Positions 9,751-19,838 of a DNA stretch of 32,450 nucleotides are shown here, in pieces; position 1 is the first letter of the stretch, and each line of letters begins with the position of its first letter. The translations under genes and the position numbers were made by a program. The notes below the pieces were generated by a model. It did not search any database and was not told the origin of the DNA. It worked only from the letters and a program-made list of their open reading frames with translations. Source of the DNA: an uncultured bacterium (GTDB lineage Bacteria > Latescibacterota > UBA2968); assembly GCA_964471275.1 (NCBI GenBank), contig CAYYGZ010000019.1, positions 1 to 32,450 on the forward strand, read 5' to 3'.

Positions 9751-10210
9751 AGGACATCCTCCCCCAGGACACCCGAAAGTGCCTGCTGTCTTCGCCTGCG
9801 TGCTCGATCTGAATCGATGTGTGATCGGTCGGCAGGAGGCTACCCGCCATATCCGCCCATTCGACCAGACAAACACCCGATCCGTAGAAATAGTCCTCGC
9901 TGCCCAGATCCAAAAGCTCCTCTTCGCCCATCAGACGATACAGATCAAAGTGATAGATCGGGATCATCTTGCCCACAGGATCCCGACCGGCGTACTCGTT
10001 GATGAGAATGAAGGTGGGGCTTGTAACCGGACCGTCGACACCAAGGGCGTGGCAAATGGCTTGCACCAGACACGTCTTCCCGCTGCCGAGGTCACCGACA
10101 AGGCCGATGACGGTACCCGGCGTCAATCGCCTGGCAAGCTGATGACCGAAAGCGCGTGTCTCATCGACTGAATGCGTGGTAAACTGCTCTTCCTTCACAG
10201 GGCCAGGCAC
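9740..10210 (-). CDS. tsaE: tRNA t6A biosynthesis ATPase TsaE
   Basis: GDLGSGKT, VTSPTFILINEY, YHFDLYRL, LVEWAD. Confidence 0.96.
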   Translation of the reverse strand: MPGPVKEEQFTTHSVDETRAFGHQLARRLTPGTVIGLVGDLGSGKTCLVQAICHALGVDGPVTSPTFILINEYAGRDPVGKMIPIYHFDLYRLMGEEELLDLGSEDYFYGSGVCLVEWADMAGSLLPTDHTSIQIEHAGEDSRHFRVSWGRMSCVA

Positions 10211-11787
10211 TACTTCCCTTCCATCACGGCCACGGGCAGAATCATCTCCTCAAGCGAAATCCCGCCGTGCTGGAAGCTATTCGCATACTGACGCTGATAC
10301 TCATTGAACTTGGTGGGATACACGAAGTAGAAATCCTCCTTCGCGAAGATGAAATTCGTACCAACGCCAACGGTCGGCAGACCGAAATGGTCCGGGTCCT
10401 TCAGATGTACGGAGGATTTCCGGTCGCTCCGTAGGCTCTTCCCGAATTTGTAGCGCAGGTTTGTGGACGTGTCCCGATTCCCGTAGGCAACCGTTGCGTG
10501 CGACCCGAGCACACAGCCGTGATCGGTCGTCAGAACCACGACCGAATCCGTCTGTGCGAGCTTTCGGAGCATCTCAAACAGGGAGGAATGTGCGAACCAC
10601 GATCGAGTCAGCGAGCGAAAAGCGGACTCGTCCGGCGCCATTTCCTTCAGGATCTCCGATTCGGATCGACCGTGTGTGAGCATGTCGAGAAAGTTGTAGA
10701 CGACGGACATCAGGGGGAAGGCACGATAGGAATGCACCTTCTTGACCATATGGTTCCCTTCGGCGATATCGAGCACTTTGACATAACGGGTCTCCATCCG
10801 CAATGTCGGATCGATTTCGGCCAGCTGCCTGTCCATCAATTGATGCTCGTGACGGTTCCGGCTCCCCTCGTCGTCCCGAGCGGTCTTCCACTCGTCCGGA
10901 TACAGTTTCGCGATATCACACGGGAACAGACCGCTGAAAATCGCGTTCCTGGAGTAAGGCGTGGCCGTCGGCAGGATCGAGTAGTGATGTTGCATTCGGA
11001 TGTTGAAGTGCTCGGCCAGAAGCGGTTGGATCGCCATCCAATGGTCGAGACGCATGCAGTCGACGACGACGAAGAACACCTGGCGTCCCTCCAGCAGCGG
11101 CGGGGCAACGAATTCTGACACGATGTCGACAGAAAGGAGCGGCGAGTCCTCCTCGTCCTGGATCCACCGCTGATAGTGCTGTTCGACAAACCGGCCGAAC
11201 GCCTGGTTGCATGATCGTCTCAAATCGCGATGGATCTGGAGTAAACCAGGATCGTGAAACTGGTCGAGCTGGAGATCCCACTCCGAGCAGCGAACGTGGA
11301 TATCGGTCCAATCCTGCCACGTAGTCGCCTGGTTGACCTGCTCGCGCAGCCGGTTGGATGCCGCCACATAATCCTGACCCATTCTGTCCTTCAGAATCTG
11401 ACGCGCGTCCAGCAGCTTCTTGCAGGCCATCAGAATCTGGCTCGGGTTCACTGGCTTGGTCAGGTAATCGTCAATCCGGTGGCCGAGCGCCTGCTCCATC
11501 ACGCGTTCCTCTTCATTCTTCGTGATCATAATCACGGGAATATGGGGATTTATATCCTTGATCGCCTGGAGTGTCGTCAATCCGTCCTTACCGGGCATCA
11601 TCTCATCAAGCAAGACCACATCGGGTGCCTGTTTCTTGACTTCCGTAATCGCGTCGTCACCGTTCGTCACTGGCGACACGTTGTAACCGCGATCCTTCAA
11701 GAAGATCATGTGTGGTCGCAACAACTCAATCTCGTCGTCCGCCCACAGAACCTGCTTTTGGTCCATCTCTGTCTCTACAGTTGACAT
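10210..11787 (-). CDS. PorX-like response regulator with C-terminal PglZ/alkaline phosphatase-superfamily domain
   Basis: REC domain VLWADDEIELL...LLDEMMPG...DYLTKP; PglZ motifs VDCMRLD, LPTATPYSRNAIFSG, TTDHG, FQHGGISLEEMILP. Confidence 0.9.
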   Translation of the reverse strand: MSTVETEMDQKQVLWADDEIELLRPHMIFLKDRGYNVSPVTNGDDAITEVKKQAPDVVLLDEMMPGKDGLTTLQAIKDINPHIPVIMITKNEEERVMEQALGHRIDDYLTKPVNPSQILMACKKLLDARQILKDRMGQDYVAASNRLREQVNQATTWQDWTDIHVRCSEWDLQLDQFHDPGLLQIHRDLRRSCNQAFGRFVEQHYQRWIQDEEDSPLLSVDIVSEFVAPPLLEGRQVFFVVVDCMRLDHWMAIQPLLAEHFNIRMQHHYSILPTATPYSRNAIFSGLFPCDIAKLYPDEWKTARDDEGSRNRHEHQLMDRQLAEIDPTLRMETRYVKVLDIAEGNHMVKKVHSYRAFPLMSVVYNFLDMLTHGRSESEILKEMAPDESAFRSLTRSWFAHSSLFEMLRKLAQTDSVVVLTTDHGCVLGSHATVAYGNRDTSTNLRYKFGKSLRSDRKSSVHLKDPDHFGLPTVGVGTNFIFAKEDFYFVYPTKFNEYQRQYANSFQHGGISLEEMILPVAVMEGK

Positions 11788-11839
11788 CCTCTGGCCTCAA
11801 TCTCGTTTGAACGGCCTGCTCTTCTGGAACGCTCTTGCT

Positions 11840-13150
11840 CTACCTGATCGGCAGTGAAATCTGGAACGATGTCCCCTCATCCGGCACACTATCTACGACC
11901 TCTATCTTGCCTTTATGGTATTCCTCCACAATCCGCTTCACAAACGACAACCCCAGTCCCCACCCTCGTTTCTTCGTGCTGTATCCGGGTAAGAAGACCT
12001 GCTTCACTGCGTGCGGAAGGATGCCCTTCCCGTTGTCCTTGATCAGCACATCCACCCACTGTCCCTCCTCGCGGACCTTGGTCGACACCTGAATCTTGCC
12101 GCCGGGCCGGCCTTCCAACGCATCCGCAGCGTTCTTGAACAGATTTTCGAAGGCCCACCCGAGAAGTTCCCTGTTCATGGGAAGCGGCGGCAACGCACCC
12201 GGAGCATAGTCCAGATTCACATCGCTGGGCAGTCTGTTCCGCAGATAGTTGGCCGTATCTCCGATCACATCACCCAGGCTTCCGACCCTGAGCTCAGGGG
12301 TCGATCCGATCTGGCTGAATCGTGACGCGATCTTTGTCAGGCGGCTGGTATCGTTCTCCATCTCACGCACGATCTGGGTGAGGCGTGCTTCCAATTCGTC
12401 AGGCTTGGAATCGGACACGCGTTCGATCTCGCCCTTCAGCAACTCGTTCCATCCGGACAAGGAAGACAGGGGTGTACCCAGTTGATGCGCCGTCTCTCTA
12501 GCCATACCTACCCAGATCGAGCGCTGTTCACTGTTCTTGATGTGGCGGAATCCGCCGTAGCCAATCCCCACAAACAGTACGGTGACCATCAGGGCGACAA
12601 GAGGCAACCACGAAAGCCGGTCCAACAGGACGGAGTCACCGTAGTGAAGCACCAGGTCACCGATATAGGGCATCTCCATCGGCAACGGCTGATTTCCGAG
12701 GTCGAGCGCTTTCACAACCTCACGGACAGACTGGAGCGTCTCCGGGGTGTGCTCTTCGGGAGAGAGGCCGACGTTCTTCCACACCTGCGGATTCCCCTCG
12801 CCGTCGGTGATCACAACCGGAAAATCGCTCTGCTGTATCGTCTTGAAGATGATTTGAATATCACTGTCTGACTCTGCGACGATGACCGTGTCGAGCATCG
12901 CAAGCTTGTAGGAGAATGCATACAGCTCAATCATGTGCCGTGCCATCTGGCGAGCCGGCCGAACCACAAAAATCTGCGTGTAGATCAGAAAGGCGAGGAT
13001 GAGGATCGATGCAGACAGGAAGAAGTAAGCGCCAAACCGTTGACTGTTCGACACCACGACCCTGCGTATCCCACCCCAGCTTCGCGACCATCTCGAGTCA
13101 ACGACGGGCCCTCGGACACGTGGTCCACCAATGCTGTCTGTTATCGCCAT
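11840..13150 (-). CDS. Membrane-bound sensor histidine kinase
   Basis: Two hydrophobic segments; H box ETAHQLGTPLSSL, N box ENLFKNAADA, DNGKG, FLPGYSTK, GWGLGL. Start approximate (ATG 13150). Confidence 0.92.
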   Translation of the reverse strand: MAITDSIGGPRVRGPVVDSRWSRSWGGIRRVVVSNSQRFGAYFFLSASILILAFLIYTQIFVVRPARQMARHMIELYAFSYKLAMLDTVIVAESDSDIQIIFKTIQQSDFPVVITDGEGNPQVWKNVGLSPEEHTPETLQSVREVVKALDLGNQPLPMEMPYIGDLVLHYGDSVLLDRLSWLPLVALMVTVLFVGIGYGGFRHIKNSEQRSIWVGMARETAHQLGTPLSSLSGWNELLKGEIERVSDSKPDELEARLTQIVREMENDTSRLTKIASRFSQIGSTPELRVGSLGDVIGDTANYLRNRLPSDVNLDYAPGALPPLPMNRELLGWAFENLFKNAADALEGRPGGKIQVSTKVREEGQWVDVLIKDNGKGILPHAVKQVFLPGYSTKKRGWGLGLSFVKRIVEEYHKGKIEVVDSVPDEGTSFQISLPIR

Positions 13151-13220
13151 GTCCACCACATGTTCACAGGACTCATCATCGCAGGTTACACCCCCATGTC
13201 CACAGAAAGTTGCGATCGGC

Positions 13221-14182
13221 TCACACGGACGCCGATGGGGTCTCCGATTCCATCGCGTCCACATCCCCCTCGACTGCGGAGGTCACGAGGATCGCCGCAC
13301 CGATCGCAACGGCGAACCAGAGCGTACACGCTCGGATGACAAAAGTCGATGCAGCCGCATCGATGACCGAGACCCCCTGCAGGACCAACAGTCCCGTCAC
13401 GCTCCCTTCAGTCGTCCCAATACCGCCCGGGAGCAGGGTCACAGCGCCGAAGATCGTCGCAAACGCGTAGATGAAAGTAGCCGTCGCCACCACCACGTCT
13501 ATACCGAGCCCTTTGAGCACATAGTAGAAGCCGATACACACTCCGCCAACCACGCAACAACACCGATGGTGAGCCCTTTCAGCAATAGCCCTGGGGCAAG
13601 TAGACGCTTTGCGTTCGTGTAGGCATCGCGGGCAGGGCCCACCACTCGATGCAATCCCGGCACGCTCCCGACCAGACCCAGCAGATAGGGAACGGCACCC
13701 GGCACAAAGATCAGCAGGAACAGGCTTGCCGTGACCCCCGCTGCGATCCCGAGCGTCCATCCGCCCTGTTCGATCGAGTAGATACCCGCAGCACTCAGAA
13801 TTAGCAGGGCGACGAAGTCGGTCAGCCGTTCGGCGAATACAGCAGAAATACCGAGACCGATCGGCGCTCCCACCGATTTCCTCACCGTGTAGGCCTTGAC
13901 TAGCTCTCCTGCCTTTCCGGGCGTTACCGATAAAGCCAACCCGGACAAGAAGATGCGAAAGCTATCGATCGTCGGTATCAAAACATCAAGATGTCTGAGG
14001 TAGAGATGCCATCGCAGGAACCTTGCAAAGTAATTGACCGCTGCCAGCACAAGCGCGACCAGCCCGGCCACCCAGTCGAATCAGCCGAAAGCTTCAAACA
14101 ACAGGCCTGCGTCCAGATAGATGCCGAAGCCCAGGAATACAGCCGCCCCGAGACCTACAGAAAGGTATAGCTTCTTGAGCAC
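13221..14182 (-). pseudogene. Lysylphosphatidylglycerol synthase TM / UPF0104 flippase-like gene with an in-frame TGA and a frameshift
   Basis: Fragments join into one membrane protein (RFLRWHLYL, TPGKAGELVK, AERLTD, LPGGIGTTEG, RACTLWF). TGA at 14083-14081; 2-nt excess in GAGTGTGTATCGGC near 13540. Confidence 0.8.
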
Positions 14183-14459
14183 AGACCCCAATCGACCGTC
14201 CGGATCGTTTGACCCCGCAGCATAGTTGCCGAGGTCCCTGCGGCACGCGCAGCAAGCCGCACGATGAGCATTCTCGCCCGGCTCGTCATGAGACACGGGC
14301 ATTCTGGATCTTACGAACACTGCAGCAGACTGACGATGGGAAAAACCTTGCAGGCAACACCACAATCATCGCCAGACCGAGGATTTGGGAACCGGACAGG
14401 TGTCGGTTTGACTATATTCTGTGAGATTGTCTGGACCCCACTTCTCACGGAAGACGCGC

Positions 14460-15086
14460 GTGAACGCACTCGACATCGCATTGGTTGTTCTGCTCGGCTG
14501 GTCGACCTACCGAGGTTGGCAGACGGGTCTGCTCCGATCGCTCCTTGGGCTCGCAGGTCTCGTATTCGGCTATATCCTGGCACTTGCTTACGGTCAGCAC
14601 CTCGGTCTGGCCCTTATGGGCGACAATTCGACGCTCTGTGGTATCCTCGGCATCGTTGTTGTGTTCTTCGGAACCATCCTTGTCGTCCATTTTGTGGCGC
14701 GATTCGTGAAGGCCTTCCTGCACGCCACGCCGCTCGGCGCATTCGATGCGGCCGGCGGCGGGTTACTCGGCTTGGCGCAGGGGGTGCTTGCCTTCGGGCT
14801 GCTCCTCGTGCTTGCCTACAGCTACCCGATCCACAGCAAGATCCCCGAACAGATCGAAGGCTCTCGTCTGGCACGTCCGATTCAGTCGGGAGCCCTGGCT
14901 CTTGTCGACGCTATCAAGGTCATTCTGCCGAGTGTCAAAGAGGCCCTGGAAGATCTCGACATCAGAGGCCCTGATGACACGCCACCTGTTGTCGAAACCC
15001 TGAAGACGGGTGCCGATGCAGCCCGGCAGAAACTCGAATCCGTTGTCAAGGAGTCGAAGAAGCGCCTGGAAGATGCGACAAAATGA
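14460..15086 (+). CDS. cvpA: CvpA family (colicin V production) membrane protein
   Basis: (V)NALDIALVVLL..STYRGWQTGL, FDAAGGGLLGLAQG, SRLARPI. Stop overlaps mutS2 start (ATGA), a common cvpA-mutS2 arrangement. Confidence 0.85.
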   Translation: MNALDIALVVLLGWSTYRGWQTGLLRSLLGLAGLVFGYILALAYGQHLGLALMGDNSTLCGILGIVVVFFGTILVVHFVARFVKAFLHATPLGAFDAAGGGLLGLAQGVLAFGLLLVLAYSYPIHSKIPEQIEGSRLARPIQSGALALVDAIKVILPSVKEALEDLDIRGPDDTPPVVETLKTGADAARQKLESVVKESKKRLEDATK

Positions 15087-17461
15087 ACCTGAGTGCCGCC
15101 ACGATCCAGACGCTGGAGTTCGACAAGCTGCGCGAAAGCATCGCTCTTCGGGCCGGCTCTACGCTCGGCAAGGAGGAGATTCTCGCCATGCTTCCGTCGG
15201 CGGATCGAGAGACCATCAGAGTGCGGATGGCACCCGTCGTCGAGACTGTGAACGTGATCGCCTTCGACGATCCGGTATCGCTAAGCCGTGTACCGGACAT
15301 CCGATCCCCGCTTGGGGCGTGCCGGACTCCCTGCGCCATGCTCAACGTGCCGGAACTGCTCCAGATCGGCGAAGTTCTTTGCGGCGCCAGACGTCTGCGG
15401 GACTACGTGACCAAGCGCCGTAAAAAATATCCGGCCCTTTCCGAACTCATCGTCACCCTCACCCCGTGCCCTAACCTCGAAGAAGCGATCTCGAACGCAC
15501 TCGACCCGGGAACGGAGACCGTTCGAGACTCTGCGAGCTCCGAACTCCGACGCATCAGACGATCCATTGAGCAGCTTCGAGGAAGCATTCGCGAAAAAGT
15601 CGCGTCGCTTGCGGGGAACCTGCCGGACAGCGTCGTACAGGATCGGCTGGTCGCCCTGCGGAATGGCCGACACGTGATACCCGTGAGGGAGAGCCAGAAA
15701 GAGTCTGTTCAGGGCATCATCCACGACCAATCTGCGAGCGGACAGACCCTGTTCATCGAGCCAATGGTCTCCGTCGAACAGGGAAACCGGCTTCGCCAAC
15801 TCGAACACGAGGAGAAGCAGGAGGTCGATCGGATTCTGCAGCTTCTGACGAAATACGTCGCGGACGGGCACGACGAGATCCAGCAGAACCTGCGGACCCT
15901 TGCACAGTTCGATGCCATATATGCAAAGGCAATTTACTGCCGCGAACTGGACTGTACAGAGCCGCTCTTCAATGACCGGGGCCATTTCGAGCTTCGGGGA
16001 GCGCGTCACCCGCTTCTGGAAACTTTTTTGCGGGCGGCGGAGCGGGCCGAGGAGCTTGTCCCGCTCGAACTCTCTCTGGGCGGCGATGACTTCTGGACCC
16101 TCGTCCTGACCGGTCCGAATGCGGGAGGCAAGACCGTCGCGTTGAAAACGGTCGGTCTCCTATCGCTCATGGCACAGAGCGGATTACCCGTTGCCGCGAG
16201 AGAAAACTCGGAATTTCCGATTCTGTCTGGTGTATTCGCGGATATCGGCGACAAACAGTCGATCGAGAACGATCTCAGCACCTTTTCCTCCCACGCAACC
16301 AACCTCGGCGCCATCTGCGATCAGGCCGACAACACATCGCTCGTTCTGCTCGACGAAATCGGATCCAGCACCGATCCCGATCAGGGATCCGCTCTCGCTA
16401 TGTCGATGCTTTGCCTCCTGACCGACCGTGGAACCCGCACAATCGCCACGACCCACCACGGTGCTTTGAAGGCATTTGCCCACAGCACGACGGGAATCGA
16501 GAATGGCTCGATGGCCTTCGACGCCGAATCCCTGGAGCCGACATTCCAGCTGAGACAAAAGGTGCCGGGCAGCAGCTATGCCTTCGAGATCGCCAGGCGA
16601 TTCGGCGTGCCCGGTGACGTCGTCGACAGGGCCGTTGGTATCGCGGGTTCGGATGTCGGGCGTATAGAATCGCTAATTCAGGATCTCGACGAAACATACC
16701 GATCATACCGTGAACATGCGGAGAAGATCGTGATTGAACGAGAGGAAACGGAGGCTCAGAGGCTGACGTATCAGAAGCGGCTTGCCGAAGTCGAGGATCG
16801 AGAACGGAATCTCAAACGCTCAGCCGAGGAAGAAGCGAAACGTATCCTGGATGGAGCGAATGCGCTGATCGAAAGAACAGTACAGGACATCCGTCAAGGG
16901 AACGCAGACAAGGTTTCGATTCGCTCTGCACACAAAGGCATCGAGGCGGCGAGGGCAGATCTCAGGAAGTCACTCGAGGTGTCGGATGTTGGACCGGTTG
17001 TCGGGATCAGCGCGGGCGACAAGGTCTTCGTCAACAAACTGGGGAAAGAAGGTACGGTCATCAACGATCCGGGTAACTCGGGTCGATTACTCGTGGAAGT
17101 CGGGACCTTCCGTGTCGAAGTTGCGCCCAGAGAGGTAGAGATCCGTCAGAAAGTCGAAACGAGTACACCGCAAACTCCTCCGAAAGTAATGGTCGACCGA
17201 GATGAGTCCATCTCGATGGAGGTGGATCTGAGAGGGCTGACCTTCGATGAAGCATCTGATATCGTCGACAAGTATCTGGACGATCTGAGCACGGGCGGTA
17301 TGGAACGAGCGACCATTATCCACGGCAAGGGAACCGGCGTGCTTCGGCAGAAGATCGGTGATTTCCTGAAGAAGCATCCTCTGGTCCGTCGCCAACGTCT
17401 CGGTGGACCCGGCGAAGGAGGTGCGGGAGTAACGGTCGTCGAATTGGAACCCGGTAAGTAG
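15083..17461 (+). CDS. mutS2: Endonuclease MutS2
   Basis: LEFDKL, HDQSASGQTLFIEP, TGPNAGGKT, DIGDKQSIENDLSTFSSH, LLDEIGSSTDP; C-terminal Smr domain VDLRG...IIHGKGTGVLR...GGAGVT. Confidence 0.96.
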   Translation: MNLSAATIQTLEFDKLRESIALRAGSTLGKEEILAMLPSADRETIRVRMAPVVETVNVIAFDDPVSLSRVPDIRSPLGACRTPCAMLNVPELLQIGEVLCGARRLRDYVTKRRKKYPALSELIVTLTPCPNLEEAISNALDPGTETVRDSASSELRRIRRSIEQLRGSIREKVASLAGNLPDSVVQDRLVALRNGRHVIPVRESQKESVQGIIHDQSASGQTLFIEPMVSVEQGNRLRQLEHEEKQEVDRILQLLTKYVADGHDEIQQNLRTLAQFDAIYAKAIYCRELDCTEPLFNDRGHFELRGARHPLLETFLRAAERAEELVPLELSLGGDDFWTLVLTGPNAGGKTVALKTVGLLSLMAQSGLPVAARENSEFPILSGVFADIGDKQSIENDLSTFSSHATNLGAICDQADNTSLVLLDEIGSSTDPDQGSALAMSMLCLLTDRGTRTIATTHHGALKAFAHSTTGIENGSMAFDAESLEPTFQLRQKVPGSSYAFEIARRFGVPGDVVDRAVGIAGSDVGRIESLIQDLDETYRSYREHAEKIVIEREETEAQRLTYQKRLAEVEDRERNLKRSAEEEAKRILDGANALIERTVQDIRQGNADKVSIRSAHKGIEAARADLRKSLEVSDVGPVVGISAGDKVFVNKLGKEGTVINDPGNSGRLLVEVGTFRVEVAPREVEIRQKVETSTPQTPPKVMVDRDESISMEVDLRGLTFDEASDIVDKYLDDLSTGGMERATIIHGKGTGVLRQKIGDFLKKHPLVRRQRLGGPGEGGAGVTVVELEPGK

Positions 17462-17490
17462 CGTGTCGCCTCAGTGCAATAGGAGACCAG

Positions 17491-17551
17491 GGCTAGCCCT
17501 CACCCGTCTTGCTTGTGCAAACCGCCCTCTCCCGTTCATGGGAGAGGGATA
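17491..17551 (+). repeat. REP-like structured repeat, copy 1
   Basis: GGCTAGCCCTCACCCG-(TTGC/GCAA hairpin)-ACCGCCCTCTCCCG TTCA TGGGAGAGGGATA; matches the reverse complement of 19534-19595. Confidence 0.75.
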
Positions 17552-17570
17552 GATTCAAAGCACGATATTC

Positions 17571-19505
17571 ATGATTATGGACAAACTCACAGCACGGCAC
17601 TACTGCAACTCGACGACCGCCTACTCGCGATACGTAACGCGCGCAGTGGACGTTGGAGGCGTGCCGCTCGGCGGCGGCAATCCGATTCGTGTCCAGTCCA
17701 TGACAACGACAGACACGATGGACACGGAGGGAACGGTTCAGCAGTCTATCCGGATGATCGAGGCGGGATGTGAGTATGTGCGAATAACGGCCCCCAGTCA
17801 GAACGAAGCACGCAACCTCGAGCGCATTAAGGACGAACTCCGTAAGCGCGGTCACACCACCCCGCTCGTCGCCGACATCCATTTCACACCGAATGCGGCC
17901 GAAATCGCTGCTCAAATCGTCGAGAAAGTACGCATCAACCCCGGCAACTACGCGGATCGGAAGAAGTTTGACGTGTTCGAGTATACGGATGAGGAATACG
18001 CGCAGGAACTGGAACGCATCCGTGAGAAGTTTCTCCCGCTAGTCGAGATCTGCAAGGAACACGGCACGGCGATGCGGATCGGGACGAATCACGGGTCCCT
18101 CTCCGACCGGATTATGAACCGATTTGGAGACACCCCGGCTGGGATGGTCGAATCCGCTCTCGAGTTCGCCCGTATCTGCGGCGCCGCTGACTACCACGAC
18201 ATCGTCTTTTCCATGAAGGCAAGCAACCCGCAGGTCGTCATCCAGGCCTACCGACTCCTGGTCAATCGGATGGAACACGAGGGGATGAATTATCCACTTC
18301 ACCTCGGGGTCACAGAGGCGGGTGACGGTGAGGATGGACGGATCAAATCGGCTGTCGGGATCGGGGCACTGCTCGAGGATGGACTGGGTGACACGATCCG
18401 CGTATCCCTGACCGAGGATCCGGAAGCGGAGATACCAGTCTGCGTCAGCCTGGTGAATCGATACACTACCCGCCCGGGGCACCGGCCAATCCCGGAGGCT
18501 GAAAGCTGGCCGATCGATCCGTTTGCGCATCATAGACGGCAGACACGGGCTGTCGAACGCATTGGCGGTGATCAGGCCCCGGTCGTCGTTCTGTCTGCGC
18601 CGAAAGGTGCCCTGTCAGACGCCGCATCACTCACAGCGATCGGCTACAACTATGACGGGGAACTCGACAAATGGAGCATCGGGGATCAGGCTGCCGATTT
18701 CATCCACTCGGGCGTCGCGGACCTCGACTACTCGACGCCGGGAACCCTCTGCCGGATCATAGACGCTTCTGCGTGGAAGGGGCGCGACCAGACCTATCCG
18801 TTATTCAGCCTGTCCAAGTATATCTCGTCTTCAGACCGATCCAGCATAGTCAACTTTGTCGACATCCAGCTGTCCGACATCCTCTCCTCTTCTGCAGCCC
18901 CCCTCCTCGAGGACACGACGTGCGTCCTCGTCATCTCAACAGACAACAGTCACGCGATGGCTGAGCTACGCCGTGCGGCCATCGAACTTGTCAATCATGA
19001 CGTTACGAACCCGATCGTCTTTCGACGCCGCTTCGATCAGGGATCCCTGGACGAGGTCATGCTCTTTTCGGCTACCGACCTCGGTGGCCTTATCAACGAA
19101 GGTTTCGGTGACGGGATCTGGCTGGACGCTCCCGCGTTGGACTCAGAGACCGTCAACCGGATCGCCTTTGGGATCCTCCAGGCCACACGTACACGGATCT
19201 CCAAGACCGAATATATCTCCTGCCCCTCCTGCGGACGCACCCTGTTCGACCTCCAGGAGACAACCGCCCAGGTCCGGGCTCGAACCAGCCATCTCAAAGG
19301 TGTCAAAGTCGGCATCATGGGCTGCATCGTGAACGGACCAGGAGAAATGGCGGACGCCGACTACGGCTACGTCGGAAGCGGTTCCGGAATGATCACACTC
19401 TATCGAGGCCAAGAAGTCGTCAAACCGAACATCCCAGCAGAGAACGCCCTCGACGAACTGATCGACCTGATCCGCAGCGACGACAACTGGATCGATCCCG
19501 AATAG
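17571..19505 (+). CDS. ispG: HMBPP synthase IspG/GcpE, long form with insertion domain
   Basis: PIRVQSMTT, PLVADIHF, RINPGN, RIGTNHGSLS, PLHLGVTEAG, GDTIRVSLT, SCPSCGR, MGCIVNGPGE. Confidence 0.97.
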   Translation: MIMDKLTARHYCNSTTAYSRYVTRAVDVGGVPLGGGNPIRVQSMTTTDTMDTEGTVQQSIRMIEAGCEYVRITAPSQNEARNLERIKDELRKRGHTTPLVADIHFTPNAAEIAAQIVEKVRINPGNYADRKKFDVFEYTDEEYAQELERIREKFLPLVEICKEHGTAMRIGTNHGSLSDRIMNRFGDTPAGMVESALEFARICGAADYHDIVFSMKASNPQVVIQAYRLLVNRMEHEGMNYPLHLGVTEAGDGEDGRIKSAVGIGALLEDGLGDTIRVSLTEDPEAEIPVCVSLVNRYTTRPGHRPIPEAESWPIDPFAHHRRQTRAVERIGGDQAPVVVLSAPKGALSDAASLTAIGYNYDGELDKWSIGDQAADFIHSGVADLDYSTPGTLCRIIDASAWKGRDQTYPLFSLSKYISSSDRSSIVNFVDIQLSDILSSSAAPLLEDTTCVLVISTDNSHAMAELRRAAIELVNHDVTNPIVFRRRFDQGSLDEVMLFSATDLGGLINEGFGDGIWLDAPALDSETVNRIAFGILQATRTRISKTEYISCPSCGRTLFDLQETTAQVRARTSHLKGVKVGIMGCIVNGPGEMADADYGYVGSGSGMITLYRGQEVVKPNIPAENALDELIDLIRSDDNWIDPE

Positions 19506-19533
19506 CACCCGACCACTAGACGCTGACCGGCAT

Positions 19534-19595
19534 TATCCCTCTCCCGCCGACGGAAGAGGGCGGTCCACGCTTGCGCGGAGCGGATGAGGGCTGCC
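19534..19595 (-). repeat. REP-like structured repeat, copy 2 (inverted)
   Basis: Minus strand GGCAGCCCTCATCCG-(CCGCG/CGTGG hairpin)-ACCGCCCTCTTCCG TCGG CGGGAGAGGGATA. Confidence 0.75.
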
Positions 19596-19838
19596 TTCCG
19601 CGGCGCAGAACCTGCACAGGCCTCGACTCATCTGCAAGCAGGCGAAGTCCACCAGTTCATTCCTGAGCGCATTGACCCAAGAACCATACAGGCAAGAGCC
19701 CTCTCACATTCCCGTTTGGAACATTCCATCTTGTCGAATCTCCTCCTGATCATTAGCTTTCAGGCGTAGCTCCTCTCCCCAGAAGTTGTCTGTACCCCCA
19801 TCTCCTAGTTCTACCCGGCTCCCCGGGGGATAGGTTTC

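Noticed and set aside
10210..11787. BREX phage-defence system, because of the PglZ domain
   Set aside because: The domain is fused to a receiver in PorX architecture, and no brxC, pglX or brxL genes are nearby.
14050..14083. Sec readthrough of the flippase-gene TGA (a weak hairpin follows on the minus strand)
   Set aside because: No redox motif or expected Cys there, and the gene carries a second lesion.
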